From: Ophelia neglecta
Lineage: Eukaryota
Assembly (NCBI GenBank): GCA_965285935.1
Contig: OZ260663.1
Coordinates: forward strand, 69,192,001-69,256,000
DNA: 64,000 bases
Reading direction: 5' to 3'
The notes under the pieces are model-generated. The model saw nothing but the letters and a program-made list of their open reading frames with translations, was not told where the DNA came from and did no database searches. Position numbers and translations under genes: made by a program. How positions within the stretch are numbered: position 1 is the stretch's first letter; each line of letters starts with the position of its first letter. Positions 1 to 13,800 of this stretch are shown here, in pieces.

Positions 1-1999
1 AAATTGGTTAATTGGTATTAATCATACAAACAGTTGGTTTGTCTATGTTCCAGCCAGACTTATGACAAACTTTTATGTACTTTTAACTTGGGGAGATTGG
101 AACACACCATTGCCACCTATCTCAATCAGACACGTTACCAGAGGAAAAAAAGAAAAAAAAAAGAAAAAAACACTAAAAATGAATAAAAAAAAGTTGGATC
201 ACTGTACGCCTTTGTAGGTATTCAATAACTTGAAATGTACCAGGGAAAAGAAACTGTGATGACAGATTGTCACTAGAAACATCCCAAGGTTACCTTAGAT
301 AGAGATGGCATTTCTTCTAAATACAGATATATCATGTTATATGTTTTATTTTGTGTCGTATATAAATATTTACATGTAGAACAGAAAGTAGGCATCTAAC
401 ATTGGACAGTAATCAGTCTTTTTGAAAGATTGATGCATTAGGTTTTTCTACCAGTTTGGTCTTTATTTCAAAACACTTTCTGCCTTTCATAGTGATAACA
501 TAATACTGTATTGAAGCAGATGTGTTGGGCAGTAGATCTAATATATACAGCTGAAATGCCTTAATTTAAGTATATTTGAAATAGTTGTTGAATATTTAGT
601 ATTTGGTTGCTATTGTGAGACATTTTTCTGAAGTGCAAACACATCATTTGTATTTAGAATGTGTCTTTGTATGTAGTATATCCCATTTAAGAGTATCCTT
701 CCTAGGTTAAAATTTAACCTTGATTGCAGAACATATTCATTGTCTGTTTCATAGAAGCCTTTTGAAAAGCCCAAAGTTTTACTTTCTTATTCTCACCGGA
801 CTGAAGTCATTCCTATTTGCAAATTGGTCACCATCTGATAGTCTTCTATTTCTTTCTTATGTATATATGTGTGTAAAGTAATTTTTCCAAATAATAAAAC
901 TAAGAGCTATATACATGTACATCTGGTAGCTTCAACAGCTTGAAAATCATTTACAGTTGACTAGATTGATTAAAGTTTTAAAAAGATCATATTCTTTGTT
1001 ATTTGTCCTAAACATTAGATATATATCCTTAAAACCTTTATTTACAGCAGGCAGGTCAATGGGACACCCCTGCTTGACATCATTCAGTTACCCTTGCTTG
1101 AGTGCCGCACGGTCATTGCCCAGAGACTATACTTGGTTTTTGGCCATAAACAACTAACACATTGATGTCCAGAAATAATTTTATGTATTTGTTTCTGGGA
1201 CCTTTTGGTGGTTACTTTAAATTACATAACACTCTCACTACTTATAATTACAAATTAGTTATACAGTTACAAATTATAACCACTGTGCTTGTAAACGCGA
1301 TGCAGCAAAAAGTATTAAAAGTTATGGTACAGAAATTGACTGGGTAGAAGTGCCTATACATGGCTATGAATTGATTTCTTTTTGGAGAAATCTTAATAGG
1401 TAAGCTGCCAAGGCAATGAAAATATGACTTAATTTCATATGGGCCCTAATTCCTTACATACACTACCAGGTTAGGCCTTTATTTACTATTGGAAGGGTAC
1501 AGTAAAGTGTATGCCAGCAGGTTGAAAGGTGTAGTCAGATTTGACCCTGGCAGGAAAAGTGCCTGAAAAATGACGAAAACAACCAATGACTGTGACTAAA
1601 GGGCAATACCTGGTCACACAGAAACCACTTGGTTCTATTGACAAGTGTGGGACTGTGTTTTGGGGACCATTATTTAGTTTATTAAATTACTACTATAACT
1701 ATTTGAGCTGTGAAATTTCAATGACTACTCTATTTATATAAAGTGTTATATTGGCAATTGGAAGAGATTTGAAAAGTTGTTGTTATGTTAGACAGCGACT
1801 GGGGGGAAGAGGAATTGAGAAGGGGATGGGGGGGGGACTAAAACAAATTTGACCCTATAAGGTGTTGATCAATTGCCTTTGCAGTAAAAAAAAAGAGAGG
1901 CTGCTTATGTTAAACACTTGCCTAACGGATAACTCGTATAACTCGTATAAGCTGGTCACTGCCTCACATGCTATCCTGACTGACAAATGTAACACTGAC

Positions 2000-2122
2000 A
2001 ATGGCCCTTCATCACAGGTACTTTAAGATGGAAAAGATAGGACATGGGAATTCAAAAACTGTCCTGTCATTGCAGGTGGCCCTTCATCGGAGGGACCCTA
2101 CATCACAGGGACCACTGACTGT
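2000..2122. mobile_element. Partial MITE end, same family as 43777-43860
   Basis: aggtggcccttcatc...ccctacatcacagggaccactgactgta resembles aggtggccctacatcgcagggactactgta at 43831-43860. Confidence 0.6.
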
Positions 2123-4805
2123 ATTTCCTGGTAATTCCGATCCTTTTTGTGCAATCTTCTTAATGAGCTTTTGTCACCATAGTGCTGTATAGGAAATAGG
2201 TGGGGGCCATGTGTTTTTAAAGGCCTGGTTCAACACAGGCTGTGACTTTTTGATAGGAGCAAGTATAGGCTATTAAAATGTATATCCCAATCACACATTC
2301 TAGATGAAATTATGTTTAATATGTGGGGCATGTACTACTCTCTTCTGGGTACATTGAGACCTGAAAGAACTGCCTGTAGGGAACATAGCCCCAAATTTGT
2401 CCAATAAGTGTTTCTTTTCTTTGCCTTTTTCAGACAGAGGAAGAGGTTTAAGATGAAAAATTTGTTTTTCCTTTATGCCTTTGGATTTTATTTTAAATTT
2501 TAGTTTACCGCTTGGTTACGACTACATCATATTAGGAGGTGGACAACAAAAGGGTAGCAACAAAATTCTCCAGCCATATTTATAAAACACGATGAAAACT
2601 AAAGTGTTTACAGTTTGATTGAACATATATGGCTTTTTGGATTTATTACCTGGTTTTTGCGAACTACTTTTAAACATGGAATACAGCACAGACTTAATTT
2701 TTCGCAAATTATAAATGACCAAGTTTGCAAAAACTTTCATGCAACATTAGGATTATACAGGGAGGCTTTATTTTTTCCTTTATTGTTGCCCATTTGATGA
2801 CAATTTAATGCTATTATTAAGTTCATGTTTTAATGTTTTAAACACATTTAGGTAGAGCTTATTGAGAAGCCAAGTAAGCTCTCATCACTTGGGATGACAA
2901 GAGTGGGGATTTTACTGCTTAGAGGTTTACAACACTGTAGGCACCAGGATGCAAGTGATCCAATCTTAATTATTGACTTTTTTGGCACTTAAGATTTTTT
3001 GCCATTTTATAAGGCACGTTGGTTTACAGCTGCTTAGTATGGATGCAGCTGGTTGGTACAGTTGAATTCTAGCAATGTTAATATTTGCACAATAATGTTG
3101 TTGTGTAGGTGCCCCTGCTTTTCCAATGCAAAACCACTAGACCGGTCTATCTGTATTTCTCTGAAAGTGGGTGTTTCAATTGGTTACAAATAATGGTCAT
3201 TAGTAATAACAAATACTTACTGTAAAGGTAAAAATCAGCGATTTTTCATAAAATAACAGTGTGTTTTTATTTTTATTTTTTGCTAGATTCAAATATGCAG
3301 ACCTTGTATAAGCATTCAAATGTGACATTTAAATTTTGCAACCAACTGTTTTTTATGCATAATTTTCAAATTTAAACCTGTGTGAACATTATTACCATCT
3401 CAGTACTTTAAAATCAATGGAAGCAAAGATACACAATTTATAATTTATATTTATTAAGAGCATTTAAAAAATATATCAGGAAAAATTGCAATTATCTCAC
3501 TGTGAAGATGGCAGCACAATATGTTTCAACAATAAAATTGCTCTCAGCATTCACGATAAGCACCACAAGCCTGCAACTCAGTATCAACCTAAATATACAT
3601 TAGTATTACAATCTTAAACAGAAATCTCTGGGAGCATCACTTTGTTAACCTTAACTGTGTTATCACACTCACACTAGGCACACCGGGGTCTACACATTTT
3701 AATCACTGGGACCCTTTATTTGGCATGATCACAAATTACAATTTTTTACATGGTAGCCTTTCAAAAATAAATATGGGAAATGAATACAAACCTAAAACAT
3801 TTCTTTGTTTAAGAATCACTTCAAATTATAAACTTGGAAACAGAATGCCATTGTATAATTAGGCCAACAACTCTCAGTGTACTTTCTTCAGCTCAGTCTA
3901 ACTCACATGTGAATTTATACAAAGCAATTGATGTTAATGACAATTAAAACTTCATAAACTACTCCATAAAACAAGGCAGTATGAGAACTTTGGTAAAGGA
4001 TGCAAATCAACTAGGTCTTAAATATCATTGTATTAAAATGATAACACACCCTTTTAAATAATTACATGTAGACATACCATTTTTACTTTGATGTTTATGG
4101 GGGATTAACATTTTCTTGACTAAATTAGATACAAAGTATGGAGTTACTGCCTTGTTTCCCGGACTAAGGCCGTTACACATCTGCACTTCAGAATCAACCA
4201 AAATCTTTATACATCAATCCCAAACAACAGCACTAAGCTTTCCTTTTTCAACATAAACATGTCCACAGCTTTGACTAACCAATGAGTAGCATGTAAACAA
4301 CTGACAATGCCTATTGAAGGAACTGTGCAAGAAAATTAAATGTTCAATGCCAACTGTTATTATTCATAGAACATGATGATAACATATTCTGATAATGGGA
4401 TAAAATCATGGATAAACTTTCATAAAGCATTAAGAAAATAAGTACAATACTTATCTTTGACATTGTCAACACTCAATATTAATATCTACATACATGTATA
4501 ATACACACAAGTGCTCATTTTACTTAAATCTAACCAATTATGTAGAAAGGAAGTATTATTATATTGGTACATTCAGTACATCGAGCATGTTTCCACTGCA
4601 AGGAAATATCTGAATGATTATTAATTGAAGTTTATTTTAATTGCAATGATCTACAAATTTAAACACTCTCTACAGAGAAGCAACCTTTCTTGAGTATTTA
4701 TGCTATGACAATAGGTTAAGTTTTAAACAACAAACTAGCCAGGCCTATATTAAATTGGGTGATTGGTTAAACTAACTACTTGCAACAGTGCCTGAAAGAT
4801 CCTTT

Positions 4806-7800
4806 TTATAATTTGGTGGCTTTTTCAGCAAACTGAGGTTTTATTTTGTATTCTCCATCATCATCGGTATCAGTGTCATTATCATCTACTTTATCTACGT
4901 AATATATGTCACTGGCGTCACTTGAAGTAGCGCTGTCCCCATCTTCGAATGTGACAGATTTTTCTGATTGTTTGCTTCCTGGTTTCTTTAACAAGCCTTT
5001 CTTTGCTCTGCCCTTAGATTTTGGTTTGGGGGGTAATGGTGGATTGTCCTTGTCATTAGATGCACTAGCGTTAGCCTGTCTTGAACTAGGATTCCTATCA
5101 TCTCCAGATACCAATGTGTTCCCCTCTGCAGGTAGTTTGTTTTTCTCCTCTTCCATCATTTTTTTCTCTGCTGCTCTACCAACAATTTTTCTCTTGGACC
5201 CTGCCACTTTAATCTTGTCACTCTCTTTGTTAGTCATTTCAGGGCCGAGATTGTCATCAGATAGAAAATGCTCTTCTTTTTCCTTTGCATACTTCTTATT
5301 ACACAATGGTGAGACACCAGTAGCCATTTGAAAGATCTGATCTCTAGCTAGAGTAATATCCATGTCATCCTCAGAGCTATATTCTAATAAATCCCGTTTT
5401 CTCTGACTTTTTCCATCCATTGTGGATGAATCTGAAGACAACAAATTTGTCTGGTCAAATATTTCTGCTTTTTGTAATTGCCCAGGTTCCTCATATTGAA
5501 TGACTCTAGTTTCACTTTCTTCAGTTATGTTTCCAATTTGAGAGTCCTTTTCTTCCCTACCATAATAAATTTCTGTGAGGTTTTCATTTTTTACACAATG
5601 TAGTTCTGGACTGACAACACGTGCATAACTATCATCTGGTCTATCACTTGCCACTTCGGCATTTAAATTTTCTTCCATATCTACAGTAATGTCAGGAAAA
5701 TTGCATGGCCAGTCTGCAGTGGCCTTATTCTCTTTAGGGAAAGCCCAGGCATTGCAGACTGTTGGATCAAACACAGGTGTCACACTCTGCTTTGGAGCCA
5801 TATAAATTCCTTTTTGCTTACATTCCACCTTAGTTTCTCTGAATTCTTCAAACCATTCTGTTTCATCTTTCACACACTGACTTTCTTCAGGATGGTTTGG
5901 ATCAGAATAATCATTCATTACCTTATCTGCAGTGAATGGACATATTTCAGCAGAGTCATTAGAATCTTCAGACTGCAAACCGACTTCTTCATTATCCTCA
6001 TCAGGCTGGTGTACTTTGTGGACAGCCAGTACTTCTTCAGTCTGAATTTGTTGGAAAGCGCATGAAGTCAGGCCTAAATCATATTTTGTTTCTGTGAATA
6101 TTTGTTTATTACAATCTGCATACTCTACTGGATCAGGAAATTCATTCTCACTGTTGTTTAGGTCTTCTGCTGAACTCATCCTGCCTGGAACCACTTGGTC
6201 CTCTGTTTTGTTTATATCAAAGACCGGGTCAGGGCAAGATCCTACAACTGATGTTTTGCCATGAAGTTTTTTGGCAGATCCTGGTGTAACAACAGAAAAT
6301 GCACTTTCCTTCTCTACATGCTGCTGTTGGGTGAAATGTTTCTCAAACATTTTCTGCTGTTTTCTTTGTTCTTCTTGCTCAAATCTTTTTAAGTATGGTT
6401 CAATGATATCTTTTGGCGGTCTAGCACCGCTTATAACCATTTCAACAACTTCTGGAGGTAAGGGTGATTTGTCAGTCGTGATCACCACCATTGGTATGGA
6501 GGCATCTTCCGAGTCAGCTGAACATATATTCCTGGCCACACTGATAGGTGGCTGGTCTTCTTCCACTGCACCCACTGCTGGCCTTTCAGTAATTGGCATT
6601 TGCTCATATTCTATTTCATCAGTATTTGTTGGTTTGTAGGACGCTAGGAGAAATTCAATGCCAGATTGCTGAAAATGTGAGGTTGATGTTGGCTCAACAA
6701 GTTCCATGGTTTCGACCAGCTTTTGTTGGTCTTGCATTTCCACTGAACCCTCAACTTCTTGTGCATGATCAAAACTGTCAATCCTTCTAAAAATAGTCTC
6801 TACCTCTTTACTCCCATCATCTAAGCTATCTTCTGAGAAAGAGGATTCATTTAACTTCCTCCTTCTTCTTGACATGGCAATTGGTCTGGACACTTTTTCA
6901 ACTGGTGTGTCTTCTTTTGCTAGGATGCCACCCTTTGCTTCTTCTAAACTATCATCAGATACAAAGGTTTCAGACCCTTTCCTTTTCCTTCCTATCACAA
7001 AAGGCTGAGAAGTGGTTTGACTGGTCTGTACATCAAGGGACCCCTCAAGATACTCTTCCCCCAGACTGTCTGCTGACATAGATCGTTTTTCTCTTGTGGC
7101 TACACCTTCAACATCTTCAGTAAGTTCTTCTGACGGAGTCCAACCCACATCGCTTTCAGGTTTTTGGCCATCCTGAAATAACCCGAGGACTTCCTGGTCA
7201 GTACTATCAAAACTATCTGAAGCTAGATGGTCAATTTCTGGAATATCTAGTGCTATTTGACCATGCTGGTTGGTATCTGAGTGAGTAATGTCTTCAGGGT
7301 CTTTGGGAGGTTTGTCACCAGATGCATTAGATGGACTCTCTGTGTTTCGGTGAGTTGGGTGGTTATGGTCCCCTGAAGCCGGATTTCCATTATTTCCCTG
7401 AAGTTTCGGAGGTTCAAGGTCAGTGAATGTGGTTACAATAGAAGGAATAATAGCCAGTGACCCTGTATCAGCCTCATCAGATGATACCGGACAGCCACCC
7501 TCAGTGGCCCCTGCCAATTCCACATCTGACATCTCAATTGTCTCAAAGTCTGAATGTCCAGACTGGAGCATGAGGTCTGCCTCAGCTGTGAGGCTATCAG
7601 TTGACATCAGGATTTCATTAGGTTCACTTTCAGTAAGAGATTGGGTAATTTCATGAGTTGAACATGCAGTGACATTTGTTGATAAGGCAAATATTGGATC
7701 CGAGCTGTCAGAGGTTAGGCAAAATAGCGTTTGGTCACCAGATGGCACAGCTTGTGTATCACCTATACAATCAGATGAGTCAAGCGGCAGATTTTCAAGG

Positions 7801-10800
7801 CTATCTGCTTCTGAGAGAACTTCAATGTCACTTTCAGTATTGGTGTTTGGGATGTTACTTATACCTATGCTAGGACACAGACGCTGGTCAGGTATATTTT
7901 GTGAATGTTCACACCCCAGAAGTTCTTCAGCAATGACTTCCTTAGCAGACTTACTAAGCACTGGCTGAGATTCCTCTATGGGCTTCTCTGGCTTTTCAGT
8001 TTCTTCTGCTTTTGCAAGTGATTGCTTCACTTCTACTTTATCAGACAAACCAGCATTTCTTTCATGGTTCTCGGGTTCACCCAATGTTCCAGGTTGTTCC
8101 ACGTTATCCTTAAAGCATTCCACAATCTCTACATTCTCAGTTTCAATGAGATATTCAATGTCAATTATTCTCTTCTCACATATAAATTGAGAATCTGGAC
8201 ATTGGTCAAATGAGTTTGCTTCTAAGGACCCTGAAGGAGTGACAGCAATTGTTGGGATAGGCTTCTCTCCTGATGATGGTCTTGATAAAGCCCAAGCAAG
8301 CACATCTTCTTCAAGACTGGACCTCGACTTTGGGGAGAGAACCTCATCTTCCTTGATACTTTGATGAATAAATTCCTCTGGCCATGTTTGTTCAGACTCT
8401 AGACCAGGGCTCAGAGCTGCAGCATTTTTCTTTAGAGGTGAGAGCAGGGTTACAGCAGAGTAGGTGGCTAATGCCTCCAGATCTGAACTGTCAACACTTG
8501 TAACAAGAGACTCACTAGTATGTAGCCCGCTGTTTATATTGTCAGACTCACTATCCTCAAAATCATCAAGTACAGATTCTGCTACTGCTATCGCTATAGG
8601 TTGAGGAGGAAGGTGGTCTTGGCTTGCATGTATAATTGCAGCTTTGTCAGTTTCAATTTGTACATCTGGATATGAGCATACCTGATCAATTTGATTGTCA
8701 ATACTTTTCAGTTCAACAAGTTTCTTTTCATTATCAACTTCAGGTTCTTCTGCTATGATTGGGAGGTGGAGAATTGTCCCTGTTTCTAAGGATGTTAAAA
8801 TTCTTAGGCCAGTAAGGTGGTATAGAACAGATGGCAAATCTCCAATGTAATGTCTGTTTACTTCAGTCCAGTCTACTGAAGGTGAGCGTCTGACTGGAAA
8901 AATGGTACCAGTGGAAATTTCTGCATTGACATTGTCCAATTTTGTGGCTTGAAGTTCAGCATTTTGGCTTGTTGAATCCAAGTCCTTGTTTTCCTCTGGC
9001 GTATCAAGGTGGCACTCATCCTCAGGAGCCGTGGGTATTAGCTGGCGGTCTTCTACCACTCTTGCCTCTTTATCTATTAATTCAGGGAATGTTTGAGTAT
9101 CAGGAGTGACAATGACAGGATAATTCGGGACTTCTGTCTTTGAATCATTTTCCACATTTGCAACTGGACATGAAAAATCTGTATCTTCTAGCTTTTCTGA
9201 ATTGTTTGAGGTACCAATGGCATGTCCTGAGATGCCTTGTTCTTTCAAGTCATGATGCATCATATCATCTGATATATCTTCTATACGCTCATGGTCGGCT
9301 CTCTCTCTTGTAAGGATTTCTTCCTCTAATACCCCGTCCTCTTCAGTAATACCCTCACTATTTACTCCATTTTCAATTTGCCCCTTTGTACATGTCTCAT
9401 CTTCTCTCGGTGTTGGAGCCATTTTTAATTTCCCATCAGCACTCTCCTCATTCTGGCTGTCAGGTTTGTAGGCTTCTGATGATTCTTCTTGCAAACCAGG
9501 AACTTCTAGAATATCTGGTGCTGACTTCACAACAGCTTGATAGGATATCATTTCACTATCTGGATCCACCTGTTGCTCTTTTAATGCATGCTTTTCTTCT
9601 TGGTCTGAATCTGAAGCAGCCTCTCCCTTGCTTTTATCTGGGGGCTTGGGTTCGTGGCCCAAGCCTAAAAAATACTGCTGGTCATTTTTTAATTTAGGGT
9701 CTGCTGTTAATTCATCTGACTTGCATGGCTCATGGCACATTTCAGCCTGTAAATCATTGTCTTGCCTGCCTTCACTGGGCTGTTCTGCACCACTCACAGG
9801 GATACTGTCTGTGGGCTTACTCTTCCCGTCACTAGATTCTTTTCCCAAGGCACGCTTTCTCATTCTTCTGTTGCGTCGTCTTCTTAACTTGCCCTCCGAG
9901 GTTTCTTCCGCACTAAGGTTTTCAGCTTTATTTTCTGGCATATTGCAAACAGGCATGGCTATACAAACATCTCCACTTGGATGTGTTTTTGGAGATGTTG
10001 AGGGATCAGAGTAACTTTCCAGCATATTGGGCTCACCTTCAGTTAAATCTTTTACATTGCTAATATTTTCTTGCTGGGGTTCATTGCCCAATTCTAAAAA
10101 ATGCTGTGTAGCTTCTGTAGTGGATGCTTCGTTTGAAGCTATGTTGGGTGCCTTCTTTTTCCTTGTATGTTTTTTCTTTTTCTTGTGTACTTCCGTCGTT
10201 GGAGCTGCCTCTGCTTGACTGTTCTGTTTATTTTCTTCTGTAATAATCACATTCGTGGCACCCATCTGACCTTTTATGCCATCACTCTCAAGGACTTTGG
10301 GCATCTCTGTACACTGGCTGGCATCCCTTACCACTTGGTTGTCTTGATTATTTTTAGCATCATTTGACCCACTGTCGCAGACTGGGTGGCTTTCTTCATG
10401 TATTATGTGAAAGGTTTCTTTTAGTTCTGGATCAAAAGCAGAATCAGTATCTTTCATGCTAGTGTCTGATGCTGAGTGATAATCAGAAATTGTGATTGTA
10501 TCATGCGTTGTTTTTGTTTTTTGTTCAGGTTTTGAAAAGTCTGACTCTGATTGATCTCCCTCTTTCTCCCTCTTTCTAGCCTTTTTATTTCTGCGACGCT
10601 TTTGTTTACTGGTTATGTGACCATCTGTTTCACTCTCCTTGCGAGTGATTGGCGAATCTGAAGTAGTATCTGTAGTACTTGTTATTGATGAGCTCATAGA
10701 TGCTGATTCTTGATCTTTGTCACAACCCGAGACCTCTTCTTCTGCCTTAGTATAAGTAACCTTAGGAGCTAGATCTTTGATGCTACTTTGCTTTTCTGTT

Positions 10801-13800
10801 GGTACTGCAACTTTGTTTGCTTTTGTCACACTTGGTTTCTGATGAACCACTATTGAATCTGGTTTGTCTTGCTCATTATTCAAAACTGTGGTAGGATGGA
10901 CAGATTTTGACTCTGTTGGCAGGATGACTTTATTCTTTTTTGAATCTGCAGCTGTATTCCTTCTGTCAAATAATTCTCTATCTGGGGTACAAGTAGCTTT
11001 GTCTACTCGTTTCTTTTCACCATTCGATCTGATTTCTTCCCTGTCTTTATTTGCAATATCTTTTGATGTCAAATGACTTTCTTTAAGTTCCTTTTCAGGT
11101 GTGCTTTGAGCCAATTTTACGGGCAACTGTTTGGCTTTTTCTGTTCCAGACGACAGTCGATGTTCCTTTGGTTTTTGTTTTTTGCGTTGGCTTCCATGAA
11201 TCAACAAATTTGGTTTCTCTCCCTTTTCTCGAGCTGCTGCTTTGAGGGCCAATATTGCTGCTCTCTTTCTCAACCTTTTCCTCCTCCTACGACGCAATTT
11301 TCCCAAACCATCTCCAGGAGTTTGAGTACCTCTTTCAACAGAACTCCTACATTCAGATGAATCATCTCTATGTGGATAATCATCCATCTCTTCATCTTCA
11401 TCACAACTATCTACCATTTTATTATCAAGATTGCCATCCACTGTTGTTTGTTGTGGCTGGCTTTGTTCAACCAGTTCAACTTTTTTCTCAAGCAATGGAA
11501 GTGTGTCCTCACCAGTAGCAGGTAATACATCAGTTAGTAAAATGCCTGACATAGGTTGCATGACCTCCTCTTCAATCTTATTTTCACTTGGAGTGGTATT
11601 TTCTGGTTCTGGTAAGGTTGATATTTTTGATTTCTCCTGTAATTCTGACTCTACCCTACCCTCTTCTTGTGGTTTAGCAACTTCTGGTATAGGGCACACA
11701 CCCTTCAAATCATTCACTTCTAACATTACAGGGAGCTGCACTTTCTGCTGAGTAGGGAGCAGCTCAATGTTTTTATTGTCTTGCATTTCCTCATAGCACA
11801 TTTCACTGACTTCCACCTCTTCCTTGGACTGGTCTTTGGCCACAATTTCTGCATATGTGGCCATGGACGGGGAAAATTGTTGCTTTTCCTGCGACATTTG
11901 CTCAGATTGGCAGATAACTTCTTTGAAAGTGTCTTGTCCATTCTGGTCCTTTCCATTTAAATCATGTTCAGTCAGGAGAGCAATATCTACTTCCTCTTTT
12001 GGAATAACAGAAGGAATGTCAGGGGTGGGATGTAATGTAAATTCTTCATTAATATTGTTTTCGTTAGGCACTTCTATTTCCAATTCTAGTCCCATCCTTC
12101 CATCGTCTATTGCTGATTCCTTAAGGGTAACACTCTCTACTACGTCTAATTCTTCTTTACTTGTAGCAGGCACATGTTCATGGGGTTCAGGGGTGCCATC
12201 TTGCCTGAAATCTATGCAAGCATGTATAACAGGATCTGCAGCAACTGACTGAGATGCTGTCAATTCTTGTGAATAAGTTTGTGTCACAAAATCACTGTCT
12301 CCTGTCTCACCATTTCCATAAGGAACCTGTTCTGTTGGTTCCATAACATCTTTTTCATAGCCTACAGGGGCTTCCTCTTCCTCATCAGTTTTTTTCTGAA
12401 GGGTTGCAATATGTGAGGTTTTTCCAGGTAAAGATTCATGTAGACATTCAGAAGGCAGAATAATGCCAGGACTGCTTTCATTTCTAATTTCTGAGGATGT
12501 ATTTTCTTGCTCTGGTAAAATGTCTGTTTTGTTGTTTTCATCTAATGCAGTATCACCATCTACTAGCTTGGTCTTTTTTCTCCCTGAGTCATCAATGTCT
12601 TTATCCTCAACTGTATCTGATTCTGTTAATTCTCCGTCTTTTCCCCTTTTCCGTGATTTCTTGTTCCGACGACGCTTCTGTTTACTTGAAAGTTCAGTTT
12701 CTGTATCACCATCTTCCCTGGTAACTAGTAAATCACAAGTATCAGAAGGTTTCTGGTCATTTGCATCAGGCACAGTGTTAACTGCCTCTTTACATACCAG
12801 TGGTGTTTCAACTTCAATTTCTATATTGTCTTGTTCTTCTTCCTGTGATATTATTTGGTCTTCCTTGGGGACAAAGGGTGTCCCTTGAGAATCTTCTGCT
12901 TGTATTTCAAAAGACATTTCTGTACCACTTTCAGAGTTGTTATGGGGATGAGACCGTTCCATTTCCTTTTTCCTAGCTTTTTTATTCCTTCTTCTTTTTT
13001 GTTTACTAGTGAGACTGCTGTCATTTGCATCTTGTGTGTCAGTAATAGGAGACTGGGCTTGTACTGCTGATGTCTTTGGTCTAGGGTCTTCTTGTTCCTC
13101 CAGTTTTTCTATGTCAAACTCATTGATTGAGCTATCTCTTTCAGTTGCCAAAACAGGATGTGGACAGTCTGTGGAATCTGGGACTGCAAGTTCACTGTTG
13201 TCTTGGAGTGTAGTAACTATATCTTCAATAGCAAGTGCTTTAATATCCACTTGGACAGGTTCATCACTAGAAATATTTTCTTTCAGGACAGTATCTGTTA
13301 CTAAAGGTTTCCCATCACCTACATCAACCAAAGTCAAGTCGTCCTCCTGAAAAACTTCAGGAAGATCCTTATTCTCATCTGGTACTAGTCCTTCTGACTT
13401 TGCAGGCATTTCCTCGAGTTTAGGCTGATAAGAAGTTTGGTTATCTGCTTCTTCGATTGCAGATACATATTTGCCTTGGACATTAGGCATTATGTGTTTA
13501 ATGTTTTCAGCTTCAATATCGTACACAGGGTCATCAGTGGGCAAATTATCTTCCCATGTCATGTAGGGTTTGCCACTATCCCCATCATGAAGTAACTCAG
13601 GAACTGCAGACACATTCCCTGACACAATCTTGTCTTGGTCAGGCTTCTCCATTTTTATTTCACCAGGAATTTCTGTTTTTTCCTCATCAACTGTCACAAC
13701 TTGGTCAAATTGTGGTTTTTCGTTTGGTAGATCGTCAGTTACAATTTCTACATCTTTGATTGTTTCATTTGGTGTAGTTGGAGTCCCTTCCATGCTAATT

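Noticed and set aside
4809-4817. C-terminal TKL as a peroxisomal PTS1
   Set aside because: Non-canonical first residue, and incompatible with an N-terminal mitochondrial anchor.
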